The notes under the pieces: model-generated
What the model saw: only the letters and a program-made list of their open reading frames with translations
The model's database searches: none
Told to the model about the DNA's origin: nothing
Origin: Micrococcus luteus NCTC 2665
GTDB taxonomy: Bacteria; Actinomycetota; Actinomycetes; Actinomycetales; Micrococcaceae
Assembly: GCF_000023205.1 (NCBI RefSeq)
Contig: NC_012803.1
Span: 210,001 to 242,000, forward strand
Direction of reading: 5' to 3'
Length of the DNA: 32,000 nucleotides
Translations under genes and position numbers: made by a program
In this document: positions 1-8,564 of the stretch, in pieces
Position numbering within the stretch: position 1 is the stretch's first letter
Layout: every line of letters starts with the position of its first letter

Positions 1-32
1 CTGAGCCTCGGACGGCCCCGTGCGCCGCCCGC

Positions 33-978
33 CTAGGGCGTGTTGCTAAAGTAGGGTAGTCAGCCAGTGCAGTGTCGCTGCGAGGCTGAGCCCGGCGTGA
101 TAGCTCCGGGCGTACTTGTCCGAACGCATCGCGATCCCTCGCCACTGCTTGAGCCGGTTGAAGCACCGCTCCACGACATTGCGTCCCCGGTAGCGCTGGC
201 GCTGGTCTTCACCGAAGTCGATCGGCCGGCCCGGGCGGCGGCGCCGGTGCGCGATCTGATCGGCCCGCTCGGGGATCGTGGCCGCGATGCCATGCCGGCG
301 CAGCCAAGCCCGGTTCGCCTTCGAGGGGTAGCCCTTGTCCGCAATCAGGCGGTCAGGGCGTGTCCGGGGCCGCCCACGGGCCCCGGCAACGCTGATCTGC
401 TCCAGCGTGGTGGCCAGCATCGAGGTGTGAAGCCACCTGCCCGCCGGTCACCACGAACGCCAGCACCCGGCCCTTGCCATCACAGACCAGATGAGACTTC
501 GTCGTCAGACCGCCGCGGGAGCATCCGATGGCATGATCAGCCGGCTCGTCCCCGGATTTCTTGTCGTTCATCCAGGCCCCCTGTGGGGCGGGGCAGGGTC
601 GCCCCGTGCTGATGGACGCGCACGATCGTGGAATCGATCGAGGCCACCCAATCCAGCTCGCCAGCCTGCTGTGCCATCGACTGAGTGCGCTCGAGCACGC
701 GCTCCCACACACCCTGGGCGGCCCACCGGTTGAAGTTCTTGTAGATCGTGTTCCAGTTCCCGAACCGCTCGGGCAGATCCCGCCACGGAGCTCCGGTGCG
801 GAAGCGCCACGCGGTGGCCTCGACCACCGCGCGCCGATCCACCGGGGGCCGACCGGTGGACTTCGGGGCAGGGAACAGCGGGCCGATCACGGCCCAGACC
901 TCGTCCGAGATGACATCACGCGACATGACCCCAGACTCGCGCATCCACGTCCCCGAACCCTTTAGCAACACGCCCTAG
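33..978 (-). mobile_element. IS5-family (IS427-group-like) insertion sequence, about 0.95 kb
   Basis: CTAGGGCGTGTTGCTAAAG at 33-51 and its exact reverse complement at 960-978 form perfect 19-bp terminal inverted repeats. The outer CTAG/TA may be target duplication rather than IS. The interior encodes IS5/IS427-type transposase segments. Confidence 0.85.
46..926 (-). pseudogene. IS5-family transposase spread over three reading frames (orfA 537-926, middle segment in frame of ORF 353-712, C-terminal DDE part 46-420)
   Basis: The N-terminus MSRDVISDEVWAVIGPLFP...APWRDLPERFGNWNTIYKNFNRW is typical of IS427-group OrfA. The middle segment DHAIGCSRGGLTTKSHLVCDGKGRVLAFVVTGGQV lies +1 relative to orfA. 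The C-terminal MLATTLEQISV...RPDRLIADKGY...RNVVERCFNRLKQWRGIAMRSDK lies a further +1. One programmed frameshift is normal for this group, so the second shift (about 428-437) suggests inactivation or a sequencing error. Confidence 0.75.
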
Positions 979-2099
979 AGCCAGTCCGCGCGCTTGAACA
1001 GCACGAAGAGGGTGAGGGCCACCGCCAGCATGAGTCCCAGGGCGAACGGATAGCCGAACGCCCAGTGCAGCTCGGGCATGCCGTCGAAGTTCATGCCATA
1101 GACCGAGCCCACCAGCTGCGGCGCGAAGATGATCGCCGCCCAGGACGAGATCTGCTTGACCTGCTCGTTCTGGGCGATCGACTGCTCGGACAGCCGCTTC
1201 GACGCCAGCGTCGAGTCCAGCTCGAGGGCGCTGTGGAGCATCTGGCGCATGGTCGTCACGCGCTCGTTGATCTGGACGGTGTGGTCGTGGACGTCACGCA
1301 GGCGGTGCAGGTTCTCCACCTCGAGGCGCGCCTGATCGCTGAGCTCCTCGTCCTCCCACCCGTGGGCGTCGTCGCGCCGGGGTAGGCCGTCGGCGTCGAG
1401 GCGGCGGGTGTCCTCGTGCATGCGGGTGCGCACCTCCTCCTGGAGCTGCTCCACGATGGACGGCAGCGCGCGGATGGCGTGCTGGAAGTTCAACACCTCG
1501 CGGGAGAGCTGGTAGATGCGCCGGGAGACGTGCCCGTCGCCGGCGAAGACCTGGCCCTCGATCTCCTCGATGTCCTGTTCGAGGCCGTCGGCCACGGGGA
1601 CGTAGTCGTCCACGACCCGGTCCAGGATCTCCAGGGTGACCTGCCACGGCCCCATCGCGAGGCGCTCGCGGCCCTCCGTCTCCAGGGACCGACGCACGGC
1701 GGCCAGGTCCGGCTCCTCCGCGTGACGCACCGTCACCACGTAGTGCTCGCCGGTGAAGACGCTCAGCTCGCCGAACTCCACGGTCTCGGTGCGGTCGATG
1801 TAGCGGGCCGGGTGCAGGACCATGAACGAGTCCTCGCCGTAGCGGTCCAGCTTGGCGCGCTCGCCCCCGGCGAGGGCGTCCTCGACGGCGAGCGGGTGCA
1901 GGCGCAGCTCCTCCGCGACCGCTTGGAGTTCGGCCACGTCCGGGCGGTACAGGCCCAGCCAGACCATGCCGCCGGTGCGCTCGCACTCCTCCCAGGTGTC
2001 CTCGAGGGTGGAGGGGGTGTGGACGCGCCGCCCGTCCACGTACACGGCGTTGTCGATCATGCTCACCAGGACATTCTCCCCGACGGTGGCCCCCGGCAT
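975..2099 (-). CDS. corA: CorA-family magnesium/cobalt transporter
   Basis: 374-aa ORF with the YGMNF (GMN) signature, two C-terminal TM helices and the typical ...FKRADWL end. An alternative start at 2060 (MIDNAVYVDGRR) matches the usual CorA N-terminus. The stop TAG (975-977) lies inside the IS terminal CTAG. Confidence 0.9.
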   Translation of the reverse strand: MPGATVGENVLVSMIDNAVYVDGRRVHTPSTLEDTWEECERTGGMVWLGLYRPDVAELQAVAEELRLHPLAVEDALAGGERAKLDRYGEDSFMVLHPARYIDRTETVEFGELSVFTGEHYVVTVRHAEEPDLAAVRRSLETEGRERLAMGPWQVTLEILDRVVDDYVPVADGLEQDIEEIEGQVFAGDGHVSRRIYQLSREVLNFQHAIRALPSIVEQLQEEVRTRMHEDTRRLDADGLPRRDDAHGWEDEELSDQARLEVENLHRLRDVHDHTVQINERVTTMRQMLHSALELDSTLASKRLSEQSIAQNEQVKQISSWAAIIFAPQLVGSVYGMNFDGMPELHWAFGYPFALGLMLAVALTLFVLFKRADWL

Positions 2100-2127
2100 A
2101 TTCCCGGATGCGCGCTACGGTGGCGCC

Positions 2128-2496
2128 ATGAAGACTCCGCGCCATGCCCCGCCCGTCGTCCGTGACGGCAAGACCCTGCTCCCCGCCCACGCCGTCTCCA
2201 CCGCCCCGATCACCGCGTTCGGTCTGGTCGGCGGCTACCTGACCGCCCGTGAGACCGGCATCCGCCCGCTCGGCGGCGTCGTGCTGGCCGCCGCCGGCCT
2301 GTACGCCGGCCGGACGTGGCTGGCCAAGAGGGGGCCGGCCGTCACCGGGGGCCTGGCCGCCCTGTACCTCGGCGGCTTCGGCGCCTCACACCCGCTGGCC
2401 AAGAAGATCGGCGCGTGGCCGGCCGTGCTCTCCGTGGCCGCGGTGTCCGCCGGGGCCGCGTGGGCCGCCGTCGACCGGTCCGAGGCCGGCCGCTGA
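2128..2496 (+). CDS. hypothetical small integral membrane protein (about 3 TM helices)
   Basis: ATG at 2128 in the frame of ORF 1852-2496. It has strong GC3 codon bias and hydrophobic Gly/Ala-rich helices. No recognisable family. Confidence 0.55.
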   Translation: MKTPRHAPPVVRDGKTLLPAHAVSTAPITAFGLVGGYLTARETGIRPLGGVVLAAAGLYAGRTWLAKRGPAVTGGLAALYLGGFGASHPLAKKIGAWPAVLSVAAVSAGAAWAAVDRSEAGR

Positions 2497-3164
2497 GCGA
2501 GCCCGCGCCGGCCGACGACGGCACCGCGCCCCGCGAGGTCGGCGTCGGCCCGTGGACCGGCCCGTGGCCGGAGGACCCCCGCTACGACCCGGAGCTGCTC
2601 GCGCACGGCGACCGCCGCAACGTCCTCGACCGCTACCGCTACTGGAGCCTCGAGGCGATCGTCGCGGACCTCGACGCGCGGCGGCACCCGTTCCACGTGG
2701 CCATCGAGAACTGGCAGCACGACCTGAACATCGGCACCGTCGTGCGCACCGCCAACGCGTTCAACGCGGCCGGGGTGCACATCATCGGGCGGCGCCGCTG
2801 GAACCGGCGCGGCGCCATGGTCACCGACCGCTACCTGCACGTGCGCCACCACGAGACGGTGGAGGCGTTCACCGCGTGGGCGGCGGGGGAGGGGCTGCCC
2901 GTGCTCGGCGTGGACCTGTTCCCCGAGTCGGTGCCGGTGGAGACCTTCGACTTCCCGCGCGCCTGCGTGCTCGTCTTCGGGCAGGAGGGGCCGGGGCTCT
3001 CTGCGGAGGTGCGGGCGGCGTCGAGCGCGGTGCTGTCCATCGCGCAGTACGGCTCCACCCGCTCGATCAACGCGGGCGTGGCCGCCGGCATCGCGATGCA
3101 CGCGTGGATCCGGCAGCACGCGGCGTCCCCTGAGTCCGGCGCGAGCCAGACGATTCCGCGCTGA
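2460..3164 (+). CDS. TrmH/SpoU-family RNA 2'-O-methyltransferase
   Basis: SpoU motifs are present: NIGTVVRTANAF, VLVFGQEGPGLS, IAQYGSTRSINAGVAAGIAMH. The start is uncertain. GTG 2460 is the nearest in-frame start and overlaps the upstream gene by 37 nt. Confidence 0.8.
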   Translation: MGRRRPVRGRPLSEPAPADDGTAPREVGVGPWTGPWPEDPRYDPELLAHGDRRNVLDRYRYWSLEAIVADLDARRHPFHVAIENWQHDLNIGTVVRTANAFNAAGVHIIGRRRWNRRGAMVTDRYLHVRHHETVEAFTAWAAGEGLPVLGVDLFPESVPVETFDFPRACVLVFGQEGPGLSAEVRAASSAVLSIAQYGSTRSINAGVAAGIAMHAWIRQHAASPESGASQTIPR

Positions 3165-3199
3165 AAGGAGCCTCTGGACCGCAGATTCGTCTGGCTCGC
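3141..3199. terminator. 13-bp inverted repeat spanning the trmH-like stop codon (GCGAGCCAGACGA ... TCGTCTGGCTCGC, 33-nt loop)
   Basis: Arms at 3141-3153 and 3187-3199 are exact reverse complements, located between convergent genes. The large loop makes a terminator role uncertain. Confidence 0.35.
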
Positions 3200-3247
3200 G
3201 GCGCAGGACCGCGCAAGACCGCGCCGACGACGTGCGGCGTGACGGCG

Positions 3248-4144
3248 TCAGCCCGCGAAGGGGCGGGCCGGCAGGCCCGTCACCCCCGGGCGGACGGCGA
3301 ACAGGGCCCCGGCCAGCGGGTCCTCGCCGCGCTCCAGGTTCTCCCAGGAGGTGGTGATGTAGAGGGTGCCGAGGTCGTCGCCGCCGAAGGTGCACGCCGT
3401 CGTCTTCTGCACGGGCACCTCGACCACCTCGTCGAGCGTCCCCTCGGGCGTGTACCGGTGGATCCGCCCGTGGCTGATCACGGCCACCCAGATCCCGCCC
3501 TCGGCGTCCACGGTGAGTCCGTCCGGCTTGCCCTCGCCGTCGAGCACGTCCACGAGCACGCGCCGATTCGTCAGGCCCTCCTCGCGGGAGTAGTCGAACA
3601 CGGCCACCTGCCGTGTGGGGGTGTCGTTGTAGTAGGCCCGTGTGCCGTCCGGGCTCCACTCCAGGCCGTTGGACGTCGTCGCGTCGGTCAGCACGACGTC
3701 CACCTCGCCGGCGCCGCCGTCGGGCCCGGGGGCGAGCCGGTAGAGGTTCGCGGCGCCGGGGGTCTTGGCGTACGCCATGGTGCCGCAGTGGAACCGGCCG
3801 TCCGGGTCGCAGCCGCCCTCGTTCATCCGGATCCCGGCGTCCGCGTCCCACAGCTCGGGCAGCGTCGTCAGCTCGCCCTCGGGCGAGATCAGGGCGAAGC
3901 CCCGCTCCACCGCGACGACGGCGCCACCCCCCGCACGCGGGCGCAGCGCGGCGGCCACGTCGCCGACGTGCGTGCGGTCCACCGTGCCGTCGGCGCGCAG
4001 GGACAGGACGTCCCCGGCGAGCATGTCCACCCAGCGCAGGCCGCCGCCGGCGGTCACGCCCTCGGCGGCGCTGCCCCACGAGGCGGCCCAGACGGGGCCC
4101 TCGCCGTGGTAGGCGATGGGATCGGTGACCTGCTCGGCGCGCAT
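3248..4144 (-). CDS. SMP-30/gluconolactonase/LRE-family protein
   Basis: 298 aa with a beta-propeller lactonase pattern (EGPVW..., NEGGCDPDGRF, SNGLEWSPDG, PDGLTVDAEGGIWVA). An AAGGAG RBS lies 5 nt upstream of ATG 4144. Confidence 0.85.
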   Translation of the reverse strand: MRAEQVTDPIAYHGEGPVWAASWGSAAEGVTAGGGLRWVDMLAGDVLSLRADGTVDRTHVGDVAAALRPRAGGGAVVAVERGFALISPEGELTTLPELWDADAGIRMNEGGCDPDGRFHCGTMAYAKTPGAANLYRLAPGPDGGAGEVDVVLTDATTSNGLEWSPDGTRAYYNDTPTRQVAVFDYSREEGLTNRRVLVDVLDGEGKPDGLTVDAEGGIWVAVISHGRIHRYTPEGTLDEVVEVPVQKTTACTFGGDDLGTLYITTSWENLERGEDPLAGALFAVRPGVTGLPARPFAG

Positions 4145-4195
4145 GGCTGCTCCTTCGGTGGGCGGGACGGTCCTGGCCCCGACGCTAGCCGAGGC

Positions 4196-5551
4196 TCAGA
4201 ACCACCCGCACGAGTCGGCGGTCCAGCGGTCGGCGAGGGTCGCGTCCAGGAACGCCCCCATCCGCGGCAGGGAGGCCACGTGGCCGCCCACGTGGGTCGG
4301 GGTGAGGAGCGGGTCGAAGCGCACCCGCGCGCCCTCCGCGCACCAGCGGCGGCCCAGGTCGCGGCCGGCGCGGTACGGGATGACGTCGTCCGTGACGGAG
4401 TGCGCGATCATCACCGGCACCTCGGGACGGCGGCCCTGCGCGCCGATCCGCTGCTCGGCGAGGATCCCGGCCAGCTCGGCGTCGGAGCGGACGAGCTCAG
4501 GGAAGTCCTGCCCCGTGTGGGTCAGCGTGGCGGAGTCGAGGTGCGCGTAGGCGAGGCTGCCTGCCAGGCAGGTCTCGGCCGCGCCGTCGAGGGCCGTCAG
4601 GCCGGTCTCGTTGAGGTGCGTGGCCGGGTCCACGTCGTACGCGGCGAGCTGCCCGGCCATCGCGTAGAGCAGGAAGGCCGCGTAGAGACCGCCGTCGATC
4701 CGGCCCGCGACCTGCACGAGGTCGGCCGGCGGGGCGCCCGCGTAGGCGCCCTTGAGGTCCAGCTCCGGGGCGTAGTCGGGCGCGAGCTCGGCGGCGGCCG
4801 CGGCCGCCCCGCCGCCCTGCGAGTAGCCCGCGAGCGCGACCGGCGCGGTCGCGGTGACGCCCGACCCCGACACCTGGGCGGCCGCGCGCACCGCGTCGAG
4901 GACGGCGTGTGCCTGGGCCTCCCGGACCATGTAGGTGTGCGTGCCCGGGGTGCCCAGGCCCTCGTAGTCGGTGACCACCACGGCGTGGCCGCGGCTCAGC
5001 AGGGACGTGATCCCGACGCCCTCGTACTGCACGCCGGTGGAGAGGGTGCGCGAGGGGGCGCAGCGGTCCGCCGCCCCCTGGGTCCCCACTGCGTAGCCGA
5101 TCACGGGGCGCTCGCCGCCGCCCGTCCACGGGGCGGTGGGGGTCAGCACGGTGCCGGTCACGGCGATGGGTCGGCCCTGGGCGTCCTGCGAGGCGTACAT
5201 GATGCGCGTGGCGTGCGCGGGCACCTGCACCAGCCGCACCGGGTCCAGGTAGAAGGCGGTGGGCTCGGTGCGGATCAGGGCGCCGGGGGTCGCGGGCACG
5301 ACGGTGGGCGGCAGGTAGAAGGGGTCGTCGGCCGAGGCGGCCGCCAGGGTGTCCCGGGCCGCGTTCCAGCGGGCGTCCTCGGCCGTCGTGGCCGGCTGCG
5401 AGAGGTCCTCGACGGCGGAGCTCACCTCCGGCGCGTCCGGGGCAGGGGCGGACTCCTGGGCCAGGGCCGCGTGTGGCGCGCCGAACCCGGCGACGACGGC
5501 CACGGCGGCGGCCAGGGCGAGGGGGCGGGAGGGGCGGTGGGCGGGGGCCAT
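4196..5551 (-). CDS. secreted lipase (LIP/secretory lipase family, alpha/beta hydrolase)
   Basis: Start at ATG 5551 (MAPAHRPSRPLALAAAVAVVAGFGAPHAALA, signal peptide) with a GGAGAC RBS. It has the nucleophile elbow GYSQGG and the N-terminal DDPFYLPP pattern typical of LIP-family lipases. Confidence 0.8.
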   Translation of the reverse strand: MAPAHRPSRPLALAAAVAVVAGFGAPHAALAQESAPAPDAPEVSSAVEDLSQPATTAEDARWNAARDTLAAASADDPFYLPPTVVPATPGALIRTEPTAFYLDPVRLVQVPAHATRIMYASQDAQGRPIAVTGTVLTPTAPWTGGGERPVIGYAVGTQGAADRCAPSRTLSTGVQYEGVGITSLLSRGHAVVVTDYEGLGTPGTHTYMVREAQAHAVLDAVRAAAQVSGSGVTATAPVALAGYSQGGGAAAAAAELAPDYAPELDLKGAYAGAPPADLVQVAGRIDGGLYAAFLLYAMAGQLAAYDVDPATHLNETGLTALDGAAETCLAGSLAYAHLDSATLTHTGQDFPELVRSDAELAGILAEQRIGAQGRRPEVPVMIAHSVTDDVIPYRAGRDLGRRWCAEGARVRFDPLLTPTHVGGHVASLPRMGAFLDATLADRWTADSCGWF

Positions 5552-5576
5552 GGCGGTCTCCGGTCTCTCGGATGCA

Positions 5577-5600
5577 GATGTGACGCAGCTCACTCTAGGC
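5577..5600 (-). promoter_or_regulatory. putative promoter of the lipase gene (-10 TAGAGT at 5592-5597 on minus strand) with a motif shared with the atoE upstream region
   Basis: On the minus strand GCCTAGAGTGA...CACATC lies about 40-50 nt upstream of the start. The same 11-mer and hexamer occur at 15838-15856. Confidence 0.35.
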
Positions 5601-5747
5601 CAGCGACGGGGCCGCGCCCAGGCCGGCGTCGCCGTCGGGCCCGGGGCCCTGGGGCGGGTCCGGCCGCGCGGATAGGATGAGCCCGAGGGTGTCGCGCCCG
5701 CCGCGCTCCCCCGCCTGTCCGAGTCGACGACGCCTAGGAGCTGCAGC

Positions 5748-6770
5748 ATGCCCATCGCATCCCCGGAGAAGTACGCCGAGATGATCGACGCCGCCAAGAA
5801 CGGCGCCTTCGCCTACCCGGCGATCAACGTCACCAGCTCCCAGACCCTGAACGCCGCCATCCGCGGCTTCGCCGAGGCCGGCTCGGACGGCATCATCCAG
5901 GTCTCCACCGGCGGTGCCGCCTACTTCTCCGGCTCCTCCGTGAAGGACATGGTCGCCGGCTCGCTGGCGTTCGCCGCGTTCGCGCGCGAGGTCGCCAAGA
6001 AGCACTCCGTGAACATCGCCCTGCACACGGACCACTGCCCCCAGGACAAGCTCGAGGACTTCGTCCTGCCCCTGCTGGACGCCTCCGAGGCCGAGGTGAA
6101 GGCCGGGCGCGACCCGATCTTCAACTCCCACATGTGGGACGGCTCCGCCGAGACCCTCGAGGAGAACCTGCGGATCGGCCGCGAGCTGCTCGCCCGCACC
6201 CACGCCAACAAGCAGATCCTCGAGGTGGAGATCGGCGTCGTGGGCGGCGAGGAGGACGGCGTGGCCCACGAGATCAACGAGAAGCTCTACACCACCGTGG
6301 CGGACGGCATCGCCACGGTGGAGGCACTCGGCCTCGGCGAGAACGGTCGCTACCTCACCGCGCTGACCTTCGGCAACGTGCACGGTGTCTACAAGCCAGG
6401 CAACGTGAAGCTGCGCCCGGAGATCCTGCAGGAGATCCAGCAGGCCGTGGGTGAGAAGTTCGGCAGGGAGCGCCCGTTCGACCTCGTGTTCCACGGCGGC
6501 TCCGGCTCCGCCGCCCAGGAGATCGCCGACTCGGTGGAGTACGGCGTCGTGAAGATGAACGTGGACACGGACACCCAGTACGCGTTCACCCGCCCCGTGG
6601 CAGGGCACATGTTCGAGAACTACGACGGCGTCCTGAAGGTCGACGGCGAGGTCGGCGACAAGAAGCAGTACGACCCCCGCGTGTGGGGTGCCAAGGCCGA
6701 GGAGGGCATGGCCGCCCGCGTGGTCCAGGCCTGCACCGAGCTGAACTCGGCCGGCAAGAGCATCGGCTGA
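5748..6770 (+). CDS. fba: class II fructose-1,6-bisphosphate aldolase
   Basis: 340 aa, MPIASPEKYAEMIDAAKNGAFAYPAINV..., with HTDHC and FHGGSGS motifs. AGGAGC RBS. A possible -10 TAGGAT lies at 5673-5678. Confidence 0.95.
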   Translation: MPIASPEKYAEMIDAAKNGAFAYPAINVTSSQTLNAAIRGFAEAGSDGIIQVSTGGAAYFSGSSVKDMVAGSLAFAAFAREVAKKHSVNIALHTDHCPQDKLEDFVLPLLDASEAEVKAGRDPIFNSHMWDGSAETLEENLRIGRELLARTHANKQILEVEIGVVGGEEDGVAHEINEKLYTTVADGIATVEALGLGENGRYLTALTFGNVHGVYKPGNVKLRPEILQEIQQAVGEKFGRERPFDLVFHGGSGSAAQEIADSVEYGVVKMNVDTDTQYAFTRPVAGHMFENYDGVLKVDGEVGDKKQYDPRVWGAKAEEGMAARVVQACTELNSAGKSIG

Positions 6771-6787
6771 CCCCGCCCTCCGCCGCA

Positions 6788-6821
6788 CCGGCCCGCACCC
6801 TCACGCGAGGGTGCGGGCCGG
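6788..6821. terminator. bidirectional intrinsic-terminator hairpin between fba and the RamB-like gene
   Basis: CCGGCCCGCACCCTC acgc GAGGGTGCGGGCCGG forms a perfect 15-bp stem, followed by CGTCGTTTC on the plus strand. Confidence 0.75.
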
Positions 6822-6828
6822 CGTCGTT

Positions 6829-8295
6829 TCAGCCCTCCCGCTCCTCCTGGGCCTGGAGGAACTCGAAGACCTCACGCTCGTCCACACCGGGGAAGGTCTG
6901 CGTGGGCATGGCCGCCAGCAGATGCGCGTGCATGCGGGCCGCGGGCCACACGTGCCCGCCCCACGCGGCCTCGAGCTCGGGGTCGGGACGGCGGCAGCAG
7001 CGCGGATCGGGGCACGTGGAGGTGACCCGGTGGCGGGTGTCCGCGCCGCGGAAGTGCCGGGCCTGCTCGAACGGGGTGCCCACGGAGAGGGCGAACAGCC
7101 CGTCGGGACCGTTCTCGATCATCGAGGTGCACCAGAACGTCCCGTTGGGCGAGTCCGTGTACTGCGTGTGGGCGCGGAACCGGTCGTTGCGGGAGAAGGC
7201 CTGCCGCGCGCCCCACTTCCGGCACGCCTGCTGGCCCTCGATCGCACCGGTGTGGTCGGCGGGGAACACGATCCCGTCGTTCTCGTAGGCCTTGTGGATC
7301 ACCCCGGTCTCGTGGACCTTCTGGAAGTGGCAGCGGATGCCCAGGTCCACAGTGGCCAGGTTGGTGAACCGGTGCGCGGCGGCTTCGTAGGAGACGCCGA
7401 ACGCGTCCTTCAGGTCGTCCACGGACAGGTCCCGGCGCTTCTGGGCGGCCCGCAGCAGCGACGATGCCGCCCGCTGCGGCATGAGCAGCGCGCCCGCCAG
7501 GTAGTTCACCGCCACACGCTGGGCGAGGAAGTCCTCGTAGTCCCGCGGCTCGCCGTGGCCCAGGACGGCGGCGGCGAGGGCCTGGAGCACCACGGTGCGG
7601 CGGTCGTGGTCCGAGGAGCGGGAGCCGCTGATGTGGATGCGCCCGTGCTTGAGGTCCGTGACGGAGCGCGTGGAGTGCGGCAGGTCCGGGACGAAGCGCA
7701 GGGTGAAGCCGAGGTGCTCGGCCAGCTCCGAGACGGCGTGCAGGCCCAGCGGCCCGCCCGTATGGCCGATCGCGTCGAGCAGCCGATGCGCCTCGGCCTC
7801 GAGATCGGGGTAGTGGTTGTCCACCGCGCGCATCTGCGCGCGCAGCTGGGCGTTGGCGCGGCGCGCCTCCTCGGGGGTGGCGGCCTGCTCCTCCAGGCGA
7901 CGGCGCAGCTCGGCCTCCAGCCCCGCGATCACCTCGAGGACCTCGGTGGGGGTGCGGGGCCCGATGCGCAGCGGGGGCAGGCCGAGGGAGGCGTAGTGCT
8001 CCGAGCGCGCGAACCGTTCGACCTCGATCTCCAGTTCGGCCCGACGGGTGGGGGCCCGGCCGGTGAGCAGGTCCTCGACCGGCACGCCCAGGACCTCCGC
8101 GATCCGCTGGACCAGCGAGAGCCGCGGCTCGCGGCGGGCGTTCTCCACGAGGGACAGGTGCGAGCCGCTCACTCCCGTGCGCTCCGCGAGCTGGTCCAGG
8201 GTGAGGCCGGCCTGCTTGCGCAGGTGCCGGACGCGGCGGCCCAGCGCGACGGCGTCCACGGTCGCGCTGTCCTCGGGAAGCGGGCGGGTCATCAT
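6829..8295 (-). CDS. ramB: RamB/ScfR-type (short-chain fatty acyl-CoA regulator family) XRE-HTH transcriptional regulator
   Basis: Start MMTRPLPE at 8295. It has an N-terminal XRE HTH (LRKQAGLTLDQLAERTGVSGSHLSLVENARREP) and a long ImmA/DUF2083-like C-terminal region. It is divergent from isocitrate lyase, as in Corynebacterium ramB and M. tuberculosis Rv0465c. TACAGT at 8303-8308 (minus strand) lies 7 nt from the ATG and suggests a leaderless mRNA. Confidence 0.8.
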   Translation of the reverse strand: MMTRPLPEDSATVDAVALGRRVRHLRKQAGLTLDQLAERTGVSGSHLSLVENARREPRLSLVQRIAEVLGVPVEDLLTGRAPTRRAELEIEVERFARSEHYASLGLPPLRIGPRTPTEVLEVIAGLEAELRRRLEEQAATPEEARRANAQLRAQMRAVDNHYPDLEAEAHRLLDAIGHTGGPLGLHAVSELAEHLGFTLRFVPDLPHSTRSVTDLKHGRIHISGSRSSDHDRRTVVLQALAAAVLGHGEPRDYEDFLAQRVAVNYLAGALLMPQRAASSLLRAAQKRRDLSVDDLKDAFGVSYEAAAHRFTNLATVDLGIRCHFQKVHETGVIHKAYENDGIVFPADHTGAIEGQQACRKWGARQAFSRNDRFRAHTQYTDSPNGTFWCTSMIENGPDGLFALSVGTPFEQARHFRGADTRHRVTSTCPDPRCCRRPDPELEAAWGGHVWPAARMHAHLLAAMPTQTFPGVDEREVFEFLQAQEEREG

Positions 8296-8332
8296 GCGCG
8301 GAACTGTAGACGGAACCGGGGAGGAGATCACG

Positions 8333-8353
8333 TGTGACGGAAAGAAAGTCACA
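8333..8353. promoter_or_regulatory. inverted repeat TGTGAC-N9-GTCACA in the ramB/aceA divergent control region, next to a TTGACA hexamer (8357-8362)
   Basis: It sits in an AT-richer island within a 269-bp intergenic region and has perfect 6-bp arms. It does not match the C. glutamicum RamB box as I remember it. Confidence 0.35.
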
Positions 8354-8564
8354 TTCTTGACAACCGGGGGGCCATGGCCGTGATCCAGACCACACCGGGG
8401 CGCAAGGACCGTCACGTTCTGACCCAGTGGCAGGAACGGCCGGAGTTTCCACCGATTTTGTGCTCCAGAGGGCCTTGCCCGGGGCCAAGGTGGATGTCAA
8501 CGGCAGCGGCGGACACGTCGCACCGAACCCTTCACCGAACCGGACCGATCCTCAGGAGGACGTC

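Noticed and set aside
2235-4079. Very long ORFs overlapping or antisense to the called genes. Examples: 2235-4079 (-), 3239-5680 (+), 5595-6788 (-), 6811-8337 (+), 8532-11684 (-), 12090-13574 (+, upstream part), 21650-23251 (-), 28239-29939 (-), 30081-31529 (-).
   Set aside because: These are typical high-GC artefacts. Their translations are Arg/Pro/Gly/Ala-rich with no recognisable motifs, while the opposite or alternative frame encodes clearly conserved enzymes with strong third-position GC bias.
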